Shown: positions 1-8,205 of the stretch, piece by piece
How the letters are laid out: each line of letters opens with the position of its first letter
Numbering within the stretch: position 1 is the stretch's first letter
DNA from: Candidatus Parvarchaeota archaeon
GTDB lineage: Archaea; Nanobdellota; Nanobdellia; WJKC01
DNA: 18,189 nucleotides
Direction: 5' to 3'
Assembly: GCA_030615175.1 (NCBI GenBank)
Contig: JAUWZX010000001.1
Span: 263,840 to 282,028 of the forward strand
Notes under the pieces: model-generated
The model's input: only the letters and a program-made list of their open reading frames with translations
Databases searched by the model: none
What the model was told of the DNA's origin: nothing
Program-made: the position numbers and the translations under genes

Positions 1-1
1 T

Positions 2-412
2 CGGAACGTAATTCAATACTAATTCACCGTTGCTCTTGCCGCAGCCGAGAACGTCAGGACCATTTTTAATGATGACATATCCCTTGTAAGGATTCTTTAA
101 TTTTAATTTAAAACCGCGAGTCCAGTCATAAACTAATTCATCAGGGATTATTAGCACGTTTTTCTTGGCATTAATTAATTGAGCGCCCTCCATGGATAAA
201 CGGAACCCGTCACGCTCCAGCCTTCCAATGTACAATCCAGCGCCATCAGCATTAAATTTATTAGGATTAAAATTAATTAATCCGGAGACTAGGAAGACTT
301 TGTTCTTATTATTAATGAAGAACGCGCCCTTGATAACGTTGCCATACTGTTCCATCATTAAGGATTGTAATCTTTTAATATTCCCTGCCTTCATTTTCTT
401 AGCAGTAATCAC
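2..412 (-). CDS. RsmF/NOL1-NOP2 C-terminal PUA-like module as a stand-alone protein (3' end runs off the window)
   Basis: Not in the ORF track. Manual translation from GTG 412-410 (overlaps the TGA of 409..1329; alternative ATG 394-392): MITAKKMKAGNIKRLQ...GAGLYIGRLERDGFRLSMEGAQLINAKKNVL...WTRGFKL...KGYVIIKNGPDVLGCGKSNGELVLNYVP. The GLYIG/GFRLSxEG/GYVII..D.LGCGK....LNYVP pattern matches the RsmF C-terminal PUA-like family, and the gene lies directly downstream of the methyltransferase. Confidence 0.8.
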   Translation of the reverse strand, partial: MITAKKMKAGNIKRLQSLMMEQYGNVIKGAFFINNKNKVFLVSGLINFNPNKFNADGAGLYIGRLERDGFRLSMEGAQLINAKKNVLIIPDELVYDWTRGFKLKLKNPYKGYVIIKNGPDVLGCGKSNGELVLNYVP

Positions 413-1329
413 CTCTTCCTCACCTTTGCAATGAAGAATCCTTCAGTATCATTATCCATCGGGTAAACGCGGGCGCAGTGCTTAATGCTTGAATCATAAG
501 ATTCTTTACCCCATTCAGTGATTCCTGGACGCGTTTTAAGCCCTTTAATCCTGAATGGAACTACCCGCGCGTCAGGAAATCTCTGCAGTAAACAGTCAAT
601 AACTCTTTCATTCTCTTCAGGAGTGAGCGTGCAAGTGGAATAGACAAGCACGCCGCCCGGCTTTAAAGCAGTGAATGCAGAGTAAATAAGGAAGCGCTGT
701 AGGCGTGACAATTTATTAATCATGCGCAGATTCCATTGATTAAGAATTGACCATTTCTTGCGAACAGCTCCTTCAGCACTGCAAGGAGCGTCAACCAGCA
801 CTTTGTCAAACATGCAGGGGTTTTTCCTGTAATTCCCGCCGTCGCGTCGCGTAATAATCACGGAACTAACACCAATTCTTTGAAGATTAATCTTCAATAT
901 CTTAATCCTGTTAATTTGCACGTCATTAGCAAAGATTAAGCCTTCATCATTCATCATTGCAGCAATCTGTGAAGTCTTAGACCCAGGTGATGCTGCTAAG
1001 TCAAGGATTAATTCACCAGGCTTTGGATTCATCACTAATGGTGGAATCATGCTTGCTGGTTCCTGGCTGTAAAAGTAGCCGAGGAAGTGTTCAATGCAGT
1101 TACCAATGTGCTTAGGACCTTTTAGTACCCAGAATCCTTGTTTAATGAATGGAACTTGTTTTAACACCCAGTCCTTTCCTTCAAGCCTCTTAACAAGTGA
1201 TTTAATATTAATCTTTAATGTGTTAACGCGTAAACTCTTAATTAATGGTTTTTTAAGTATTTCAAAGTAATCCTCAGCTTCACTGCCTAATAATTTGACT
1301 GCACGTTCCTTAAATTGTTTTTTCATCAT
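409..1329 (-). CDS. RsmB/NOL1/NOP2/Sun-family RNA cytosine-5 methyltransferase
   Basis: LRVNTLK, QEPASMIP, ILDLAASPGSKT (SAM binding), DKVLVDAPCSAEG (motif IV) and LVYSTCT..PEENE (motif VI Cys). Confidence 0.95.
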   Translation of the reverse strand: MMKKQFKERAVKLLGSEAEDYFEILKKPLIKSLRVNTLKINIKSLVKRLEGKDWVLKQVPFIKQGFWVLKGPKHIGNCIEHFLGYFYSQEPASMIPPLVMNPKPGELILDLAASPGSKTSQIAAMMNDEGLIFANDVQINRIKILKINLQRIGVSSVIITRRDGGNYRKNPCMFDKVLVDAPCSAEGAVRKKWSILNQWNLRMINKLSRLQRFLIYSAFTALKPGGVLVYSTCTLTPEENERVIDCLLQRFPDARVVPFRIKGLKTRPGITEWGKESYDSSIKHCARVYPMDNDTEGFFIAKVRKR

Positions 1330-1934
1330 AATTTAATTGTATTAATTAATAAGGCAAGGAGCGAGGCATGGACTAATGGGGCTGTTAAATTGTCATAAGA
1401 ACTCCTGCTTTTAATTTCAGAAATTGCTGTGAAAAATGCAGCACCAAGACTTGTTAAGATGATTAATTGAATGCTTAAGCATGAAGGGGCATTAATAAAT
1501 CCCTGAACAAAGGGGATAAACCTTAATGATATTGCTGTGCCAATAAATGAGAATGCGAACATTGAGAAACTGCCAATAAGGGTGCTGTCACGAGTTATTT
1601 GCCTCCTGCCGTACTTCCTGCCCAGGAGTGTTGCGAAGCCGTCACCCCATGCCAGGGTTAGGATTCCAGCGCCAGCCAAGCGGTAATCAAAGAATATTGA
1701 TAATAAAAGCATTGACGTAATGTAATGAATAACTCTCCATAATGCACTTGTTCTCTTCTCCCCTGTTCTCATAATGATTGAGTAAATCCTTTTGTAACGC
1801 CTGCTGAATAGTGCTGCAATGATTAATAAAATGCATAGAATAATTATTATTAACCTGTCAAGGAAAAAATAAGTGATTACGAAGAATCCTACTATTATAT
1901 GCACTAACTTCCTCTTAAATTCCTGCTCGACCAC
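1326..1934 (-). CDS. Dolichol kinase/phytol kinase (SEC59/VTE5-like) CTP-dependent membrane kinase
   Basis: Multi-TM protein; EFKRKLVHI N-terminus, WGDGFATLLGRKYG, STLIGS and DNLTAP motifs. Confidence 0.8.
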   Translation of the reverse strand: MVEQEFKRKLVHIIVGFFVITYFFLDRLIIIILCILLIIAALFSRRYKRIYSIIMRTGEKRTSALWRVIHYITSMLLLSIFFDYRLAGAGILTLAWGDGFATLLGRKYGRRQITRDSTLIGSFSMFAFSFIGTAISLRFIPFVQGFINAPSCLSIQLIILTSLGAAFFTAISEIKSRSSYDNLTAPLVHASLLALLINTIKL

Positions 1935-1940
1935 GATTAA

Positions 1941-2588
1941 TCACTCAATAACTGTGCCAATAAATCTCTTACCATTAATAACTTTCCTTAAATTACCAAG
2001 TCCTTTAATGAAGATTAACTTAATACCTTCTTTCTTTGCCAGTCTGCACGCTTTTAAGTCGAATATGAAGTTAGATCCTAACCCAAGCACTTCTTTTTCA
2101 GCAAGCATTATTAATTCATCGTAATTCATTTTTTTATACATTTTAGCATCTTTATGCTTTACAGGGTCCTTGTTATAAACTCCTTTAACGTTTGATAAAT
2201 TAATTACTACATCAGCTTTTATTAGTCCTGCAGCCATTACGCTGTCAGCGTCAGTAGTCATGCCTGGAAAGTAACCGTAGCCAGTAATGAATTTATCCTT
2301 ATTAGTCCTTATTTCGCGCAGATTGTTTGCTGCCTTGCAGCCAAGGATTTTGGCAACTAGTGTTGCATTCAACTCTGTTGCTTTCATGCCAATTAAGTCC
2401 ATATTAGTCTTACTCATCTTGAATTCCTTAGCAGCATTTATGTAATTCCGAGCCGTTTTCCCGCCACCGCAGACGAGAACAAATTCATGCCTTGACTTTG
2501 TTAATAATGCCTTTAATTCTTTTAAGAATTTAATATCAACTTCATTAGGAACTATTAATGAGCCGCCAAGACTGATAATGAACTTCAT
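1941..2588 (-). CDS. pyrH: UMP kinase (archaeal type)
   Basis: ISLGGSLI, VCGGGKTARNYI, DLIGMKATELNA, PGMTTD, NVKGVYNKDP, FDLKA and GTVI motifs. Confidence 0.95.
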   Translation of the reverse strand: MKFIISLGGSLIVPNEVDIKFLKELKALLTKSRHEFVLVCGGGKTARNYINAAKEFKMSKTNMDLIGMKATELNATLVAKILGCKAANNLREIRTNKDKFITGYGYFPGMTTDADSVMAAGLIKADVVINLSNVKGVYNKDPVKHKDAKMYKKMNYDELIMLAEKEVLGLGSNFIFDLKACRLAKKEGIKLIFIKGLGNLRKVINGKRFIGTVIE

Positions 2589-2608
2589 ATAAGATTACAA
2601 GGCGTTTC

Positions 2609-3892
2609 TTATTTAAAAAATACGTGCAAAATTCCTAGTTTAACTCTTTGTTCCTTTCCAGTCAGTAAGTTCCTAACCGTTACTTTTCCTTCCTTTAAGT
2701 CGCGCTCGCCAACTATTAATATGTACTTGATTCCTTTCTTGGCTGCGTACTCAATATTCTTTGTCAAGCTCCTGTTCTTCAAGTCTGTTTCAACATTAAT
2801 GCCTTTTTTCCTTAACTTGCTTGTAATGCTTAATGCCTTAATTAATTGCGCTTCACTGACTGGTGCCACGTAAGCCATGGTCATTGTTTTCTTAAGTTCT
2901 TTTTTCTTGGCAAGCGTTTGATAAACTGGTTCTATGCCTATGCTGATACCTACTGCTGGTATCTTTGTTCCAATGAATTGCTGAATCATGTCATCATACC
3001 TTCCGCCGCCTGCAAAGGAAACATTAAGTTCTTTAGCGCTTACTTCAAAAATTGTTCCAGTATAGTAATCAAGTCCTCTTACCAGACTTAAATCAATTGA
3101 GTAACCTTTCTTTATTCCCATTGCATTAAGGTAGTTGATTAATTCCTTTAACTCCTTAATTCCTGCGTTTCCCGGAACCCATTTTTTTACTTTCTTCAGT
3201 ACCTCGCTTGGCATCCCTTTTATCTTAATGATTCTTAACAAGTTCTTTACTGATTCATTGCTTATTCCATTATCTTCCAGTTCCTTCTGTAATCTCTTAA
3301 TTCCTATTTTATCTAATTTATCTATTGCCCTGTAAGCCTGTAATGTCCTGTCAGGACGCACTCCAGCGTAATTCATTAACCCTTGCAGTAGTTTCCTGTT
3401 ATTAATTCTTACTTCATAGTTCTTGAATCCTAATTCCTTAAAGCAGTCTATTGCGACTGCTATGCATTCAGCGTCAGCCATTAATGACTTGGTTCCGTAA
3501 ACGTCAGCGTCTAACTGGTAGAATTCCCTGAGTCGTCCTGGCTTTACTTCTCCATACCTGAATACCCTGCCGTACTGGTATCTTTTGAATGGCATTGGCA
3601 TTCTTGGATTCATTGCAAGCACTCGAGCGCTTGGTACGGTTAAATCAAATCTTAATCCAAGCCTCCTTCCTCCCTGGTCCTTAAAATTATAAGTTTCCTT
3701 TGCTATTGCTTCTCCACTGCCGCTCTTGATAGTGAGTGTTTCCCATCTCTCAAGTACTGGCGTGTCAAGAGGTAGGAACCCGTACTTCTCGAATACTTTA
3801 ATACAGGTATTAACTATCTCGTTTCGCAGTAATTGCTCTGGCGGCAAGTAATCAGCAGTTCCCCTAACCCTTTCTAACTCCATGTTAATCAT
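2609..3892 (-). CDS. hisS: Histidine--tRNA ligase
   Basis: RGTADYLP, LRFDLTVP, GRLREFYQLDAD (motif 2), LVRGLDYYTGTIFE (His motif), GGGRYD and a C-terminal anticodon-binding domain. The start could be a downstream Met. Confidence 0.97.
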   Translation of the reverse strand: MINMELERVRGTADYLPPEQLLRNEIVNTCIKVFEKYGFLPLDTPVLERWETLTIKSGSGEAIAKETYNFKDQGGRRLGLRFDLTVPSARVLAMNPRMPMPFKRYQYGRVFRYGEVKPGRLREFYQLDADVYGTKSLMADAECIAVAIDCFKELGFKNYEVRINNRKLLQGLMNYAGVRPDRTLQAYRAIDKLDKIGIKRLQKELEDNGISNESVKNLLRIIKIKGMPSEVLKKVKKWVPGNAGIKELKELINYLNAMGIKKGYSIDLSLVRGLDYYTGTIFEVSAKELNVSFAGGGRYDDMIQQFIGTKIPAVGISIGIEPVYQTLAKKKELKKTMTMAYVAPVSEAQLIKALSITSKLRKKGINVETDLKNRSLTKNIEYAAKKGIKYILIVGERDLKEGKVTVRNLLTGKEQRVKLGILHVFFK

Positions 3893-4407
3893 AATAAATC
3901 ACTTCTTTTTATTATTTGTTTAACAAGCATGATTGCTTGTTCAGGAGTGTCTGCTGTAATAAATAACTCTTTTCTTCTTTTATCCAAATATTTGTTTTCA
4001 AGTTTACCAGACCATCCTTCAGTTCCTTTAATAATAACAACCGGTATCTTGTTTTGGTATGCAACACTTAGTTCATTTAGCGTTCCACTGCCACCATTTA
4101 TTGAAATAATTGCTTGACAAGCTAAAGGTAATAAATATTCTCTTAACCCTATGGCTCCATAAACTGGTATGCAGATATCCACTTCTGGAGCAACGTTTTT
4201 CTTATCTCTGACAATGCCTATTACTAACCCATTTCTGGATTTAGCTCCTCTCATTGAAGCTTGCACTAAGCCTCCCTGCTCTTCTCCACCACAAATTAAT
4301 GCAAATCCATTATCAGCAATTAACTCTCCAATTTGTACTGCAATCTTTTCTAATCTCTTGTCATACTCAATATCCGAGTAGGATCCAATAACACCCACTT
4401 GCTTCAT
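3889..4407 (-). CDS. TIGR00725-like / LOG (SLOG) family Rossmann protein
   Basis: VGVIGS, LICGG..GGLVQASMRGAK..G.VIGI, GGSGTLNELSVAY..KIPVV...GWS. Confidence 0.85.
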   Translation of the reverse strand: MKQVGVIGSYSDIEYDKRLEKIAVQIGELIADNGFALICGGEEQGGLVQASMRGAKSRNGLVIGIVRDKKNVAPEVDICIPVYGAIGLREYLLPLACQAIISINGGSGTLNELSVAYQNKIPVVIIKGTEGWSGKLENKYLDKRRKELFITADTPEQAIMLVKQIIKRSDLL

Positions 4408-4558
4408 GCTGCCACGTCCCTATTAATGTTGCACATCCCGCATTTATCTTCTAAAGTGCTTAATAACTCATTTAGCTTCCTGTTTTTCTTACTTAAGGTG
4501 AACTAATTCACCACTTTCATTTTTCATATTAATCCTCCTCTTTTTATTATTTTAGAAA

Positions 4559-4637
4559 TGGGGCCTGGACCGGGATTTGAACCCGGGTCAGGGGATCCAC
4601 AGTCCCCTATACTAAACCAAGCTATACAATCCAGGCC
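4559..4637 (-). tRNA. tRNA-His(GTG) with encoded G-1, C73 and 3' CCA
   Basis: Reverse complement: G-GCCTGGA TT GTAT AGCTTGGTTTA GTAT A GGGGA CT GTG GA TCCCC TGAC CCGGG TTCAAAT CCCGG TCCAGGC C CCA; complete cloverleaf. Confidence 0.96.
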
Positions 4638-4753
4638 ATAAATGAACTACATCACTGTAGCACTCAATAATTTTATTATAGGCGAGACTAAGAAAAACTT
4701 TTCTGTCAATGAACTAAATCAACTCTGGCCATAAGAAAGTAAAATAAACCTGT

Positions 4754-5530
4754 TCATTTATAAAGTTTTCTGAAGTAAAGTATTGCTCTCGTAATCACGT
4801 TCAAATTCTCTAAGTCAGAGTATTTCTGCCCTACTATCCTGGCTGCTGCTTTCTTGAATCCAATGCTTGCCCTGCAGTTAGGTTTGTAATCAACTACTGA
4901 ATGATTCTTAACTTGACTAATCTTCACATGCTCATCGTTAGGTACTATTGAGAGTAATGGAATGTTTAGGAATTCCTTAACATTCTCAGGCGATAATTCA
5001 TACTTGCGGCCGTTATGCCTGTTAAGTATGAATCCAATTGCTGGGACTCCTAGACTCTTGCTTAATTCAATAGTCTTGAGAGAATCAGTAATGCTTGGAA
5101 GGTTAGGGTTGGTTATGATGAGTAATTCATCGCTGGCTTCAATTGCAGTTCTTGCTTCATTCCTAATGCCTGCACTGCAGTCAAGTAATATTATGTCGCA
5201 GATGCCGTCAAGTTTTCGCAATTCTTTGCCTAAATTCTTTTTTGTTTTCTTGCTTAACTCCCACATACTCATTCCTGCAGGCACTATCTTAATGCCATTG
5301 GGATGAGCGTATACTGCTTCGTAAATGCTTTTATTATTTGCTAGCACGTCATGAAGAGTTGTCCCTACTCTCGGCATGCCTAAGTGTAATGATAAGTTTG
5401 GAGTTCCCATGTTAGCGTCAATTATAATTGTGTCATAACCGAACTTGTTAAGTGCAGAGCCGAGGTTAACCACTGAAGTGGTCTTGCCAACGCCGCCCTT
5501 GCCAGAAGCAACGCAGATAACTCGAGTCAT
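4754..5530 (-). CDS. minD: Archaeal MinD/ParA-family ATPase
   Basis: Deviant Walker A GKGGVGKTT, IDANMGTPNL, TLHDVL, ILLDCSAG and LNR; basic/hydrophobic C-terminal helix (VITRAILYFRKLYK) could be a membrane-targeting sequence. Confidence 0.88.
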   Translation of the reverse strand: MTRVICVASGKGGVGKTTSVVNLGSALNKFGYDTIIIDANMGTPNLSLHLGMPRVGTTLHDVLANNKSIYEAVYAHPNGIKIVPAGMSMWELSKKTKKNLGKELRKLDGICDIILLDCSAGIRNEARTAIEASDELLIITNPNLPSITDSLKTIELSKSLGVPAIGFILNRHNGRKYELSPENVKEFLNIPLLSIVPNDEHVKISQVKNHSVVDYKPNCRASIGFKKAAARIVGQKYSDLENLNVITRAILYFRKLYK

Positions 5531-5628
5531 AACAAGTTTTAGTCAACGTAGTTATTTATAAGTTTTGTGATGCCCTTTTTCTATTAAAGAAATGCTTAAA
5601 TAATTATTAATCCTAATAAATAATTATC
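5531..5628. promoter_or_regulatory. Divergent archaeal promoter region between minD and the surface-protein operon
   Basis: Plus strand: purine run AAAGAAA (5586-5592) then TTAAATA (5596-5602), about 27 nt before ATG 5629. Minus strand: TTATAAATA (5561-5553), about 23-31 nt before ATG 5530. Spacing fits leaderless or short-leader transcripts. Confidence 0.55.
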
Positions 5629-6207
5629 ATGCCGGACAAGGATGTGATTATATTATCTAGTTTGGGCATTGCCTTTACATTTAATTTATTCCTGCTAGGA
5701 TTCTTTGCTTATGGAGAGGGGCAATTACTAATAACAGCGCTTGCGAGTTATGAGGAGGACTCCACTTCAGTAACAGCAACTGTTTCAGAGTTTGTTGATG
5801 TTTCACTAACAAATCCTAGCCCGGATTGGAGCAGTATTGACCCTGGTGACGTGAATGAGACTGCTGGTACAAATCCAACAATGACTATAAGTTCTGCAAG
5901 CGCTACGAATCTTGCAACTGATATTTACATAAGGTGCACTAATTTCACTTCAGGGGATTATAATATAACGCCGAATTATCTTTACTTTGAGAATGATGCT
6001 CCTGTGAATTTCTCATGCGATCCTGCTTATGATGTTGTTACCAAGGTAGCGGACTTGACCTGTCCTTGCGGTGGCAGTGCGCAGACACAGGATGTGGACT
6101 GGATGCTTAGCATTCCATCTGGTCAGGCAGCAGGGTCATATACTTCAACGGCCTATATCTGCTTGACAAAGGATGGTACATCAGTAACGGGGAGTACATG
6201 TTCATGA
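5629..6207 (+). CDS. Small secreted beta-rich protein, putative filament (pilin-like) subunit A1
   Basis: N-terminal hydrophobic segment, ITALAS motif, alternating strand EEDSTSVTATVSE, several N-x-S/T sequons, 6 Cys, C-terminal WMLSIPSGQAAGSYTSTAYI strand. Paralog of 6896..7492 and of the C-terminal domain of 10850..12319. Confidence 0.6.
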   Translation: MPDKDVIILSSLGIAFTFNLFLLGFFAYGEGQLLITALASYEEDSTSVTATVSEFVDVSLTNPSPDWSSIDPGDVNETAGTNPTMTISSASATNLATDIYIRCTNFTSGDYNITPNYLYFENDAPVNFSCDPAYDVVTKVADLTCPCGGSAQTQDVDWMLSIPSGQAAGSYTSTAYICLTKDGTSVTGSTCS

Positions 6208-6896
6208 AAAAATTAATTATGATTGGGCTTGCATTGATTATGATTTCTGCAGCAGGTGCTCAGGTGTATAATTATGCTTCTGTGCAGCCTGGTAAAGTTC
6301 TTAATGTTATTCCTGGTGGGGAAGTGACAACTAAGTTATTGTTTTATAATTATTATGGTGACGCAATCACGCACATATCTCTTTTTCCGATATCAATTCC
6401 TGATGGCTGGATACTTGAGATAATTCCCTCGGTGCATAATGATACTTTTGATGTTAGCGGTGAGTTAGTTACTGTTAGTGAAAACTTGTTCGTGGCTCCT
6501 GAGGAAGCGTATCTTGAGAAAATGGTTGAGGAGGGTTATGAGTATCTTGAAGTTGCGGGAGTGGATGGTTATGTTCGAGCCAAGGTTGTTAATGTTATAA
6601 TTAAAGTGCCTGAAGATGCAGAGGTGAGGGAGGTTTTTGATGTTAAGATAGGCAGCCGCGCTGCTTGGCTTGGTCTTCGTAGTGGTACTATAAGCGTTAA
6701 GCAGGAGAGGGGGTTCAGTTATCAGGTTAAGATTGTTCCTGAGGAGGAGTACATAAGGTTTGTTGAGCCGACAGGTTTTTCAGTGTTAGATTTTGTTCAG
6801 GAAAAGGCTGTTTTAATATTAATATTTACACTAATAATATTAAGCATCACAATGTCTTACATGGTATTCCTGTTAAAGAAGAAGAGGAAGAAGTAA
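6204..6896 (+). CDS. Secreted Ig-like protein with C-terminal TM anchor (partner B1, putative chaperone)
   Basis: Likely start ATG 6204 (ATGA overlap with the A1 stop). Signal peptide MKKLIMIGLALIMISAAGA, beta-rich body (V.PGG...VKVP.DAE), EPTGFSV, TM helix and KKKRKK tail. Confidence 0.6.
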   Translation: MKKLIMIGLALIMISAAGAQVYNYASVQPGKVLNVIPGGEVTTKLLFYNYYGDAITHISLFPISIPDGWILEIIPSVHNDTFDVSGELVTVSENLFVAPEEAYLEKMVEEGYEYLEVAGVDGYVRAKVVNVIIKVPEDAEVREVFDVKIGSRAAWLGLRSGTISVKQERGFSYQVKIVPEEEYIRFVEPTGFSVLDFVQEKAVLILIFTLIILSITMSYMVFLLKKKRKK

Positions 6897-7492
6897 TGAA
6901 AAAAAACTTATTGTTGGATAAGGATACGATTATAACCTTTAGTTTAGGCGTTGCCTTTGTATTTAATTTATTCCTGTTGGGCTACTTTGCTTATGGAGGG
7001 GGGCAATTACTAATAACAGCTCTTGCAAGTTATGAGGAAGATACTACTACTGCAGTAGTTGATGTTTCAGAGTTCGTTGATGTTTCACTAACAAATCCTA
7101 GCCCTGACTGGGGCAGTATGGACCCTGGTGACGTGAATGAGACTGCTGGTACAAATCCGACAATGACTATAAGTTCTGCAAGCGCTACGAATCTTGCAAC
7201 TGATATTTACATAAGGTGCACTAATTTCACTTCAGGGGATTATAATATAACGCCGAATTATCTTTACTTTGAGAATGATGCTCCTGCGAATTTCTCATGC
7301 GATCCTGCTTATGATGTTGTTACCAAAGTAGCGGACTTGACCTGTCCTTGCGGCGGCAGTGCGCAGACACAGGACGTGGACTGGATGCTTAGCATTCCAA
7401 CTGGTCAGGCAGCAGCAACTGATTACACTTCAAATGTTTATATTTGCTTGACAAAGGATGGGACTGCAATAAGTGGGAGTACATGCGAATGA
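6896..7492 (+). CDS. Putative filament subunit A2 (paralog of 5629..6207)
   Basis: Core near-identical to A1; differs mainly in the leader, the N-terminal strand and the C-terminal strand. Confidence 0.6.
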   Translation: MKKNLLLDKDTIITFSLGVAFVFNLFLLGYFAYGGGQLLITALASYEEDTTTAVVDVSEFVDVSLTNPSPDWGSMDPGDVNETAGTNPTMTISSASATNLATDIYIRCTNFTSGDYNITPNYLYFENDAPANFSCDPAYDVVTKVADLTCPCGGSAQTQDVDWMLSIPTGQAAATDYTSNVYICLTKDGTAISGSTCE

Positions 7493-8205
7493 AGAAGGCA
7501 ATAATAATCGGACTTGTATTGATTATGATATCAATAGCAAGTGCTCAGGTGTATAATTATGCTTCTGTGCAGCCTGGTAAAGTTCTTAATGTTATTCCTG
7601 GCGGTGAAGTGACAACTAAGTTATTGTTTTATAATTATTACGGCGACGCAATCACGCACATATCTCTTTTTCCGATATCAATTCCTGAGGGTTGGGTGTT
7701 GGAAATAGACCCAGCAGTGCATAATGATACTTTTGATGTTAGCGGTGAGTTAGTTACTGTTAGTGAGAACTTGTTCGTTTCTCCTGAGGAAGCGTATCCT
7801 GAGAAGAGGGTTGAGGAGGGTTATGAGTACCTTGAAGTTGCGGGAGTGGATGGTTATGTTCGAGCCAAGGTTGTTAATATTGTGATAAGAGTGCCTGAAG
7901 ATGCAGAGGTGAGGGAGGTTTTTGATGTTAAGATAGGCAGCCGCGCTGCCTGGTTAGGTCTTCAGAGTGGGACTATAAGCGTTAAGCAGGAGAGGGGGTT
8001 CAGTTATCAGGTTAAGATTGTTCCTGAGGAGGAGTACATAAGGTTTGTTGAGCCGACAGGTTTTTCAGTGTTAGGGTTTGTTCAGGAAAATACTGTTATA
8101 ATATTAATATTTACGTTAATAATATTAAGCATCACAATGTTTTACATGGCATTCATGTTAAAGAAGAAGGGTAAAATAGCAAGTAAGAGGCGTAAGAAAA
8201 AATGA
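7489..8205 (+). CDS. Membrane-anchored Ig-like partner B2 (paralog of 6204..6896)
   Basis: Likely start ATG 7489 (ATGA overlap with the A2 stop; MKKAIIIGLVLIMISIASA signal) rather than 7444. Near-identical to B1. Confidence 0.6.
   Translation: MKKAIIIGLVLIMISIASAQVYNYASVQPGKVLNVIPGGEVTTKLLFYNYYGDAITHISLFPISIPEGWVLEIDPAVHNDTFDVSGELVTVSENLFVSPEEAYPEKRVEEGYEYLEVAGVDGYVRAKVVNIVIRVPEDAEVREVFDVKIGSRAAWLGLQSGTISVKQERGFSYQVKIVPEEEYIRFVEPTGFSVLGFVQENTVIILIFTLIILSITMFYMAFMLKKKGKIASKRRKKK

Larger units (their letters stand above)
5655..8170 (+). repeat. Tandem duplication of a two-gene unit (offset about 1282-1285 bp)
   Basis: ACAAATCCTAGC at 5809 and 7091 (offset 1282); B starts at 6204 and 7489 (offset 1285 after a one-codon insertion); long near-identical nucleotide tracts. 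End points are approximate. Confidence 0.95.

Noticed and set aside
192..5306. Plus-strand ORFs 192..434, 1873..2124, 2846..3091, 3135..3335, 3929..4117, 4169..4381 and 4962..5306
   Set aside because: Antisense shadows of well-supported minus-strand genes, with no motifs.
7444..7488. Longer start for B2 at 7444 (and 6198 for B1)
   Set aside because: Overlaps the upstream gene; the paralog alignment, signal peptides and ATGA coupling point to 7489 and 6204.
5629..7492. A1/A2 as type IV pilins or archaellins
   Set aside because: No class III signal peptide (basic residues-G/A followed by a hydrophobic mature N-terminus), and no assembly ATPase or TadC-like gene in the window.
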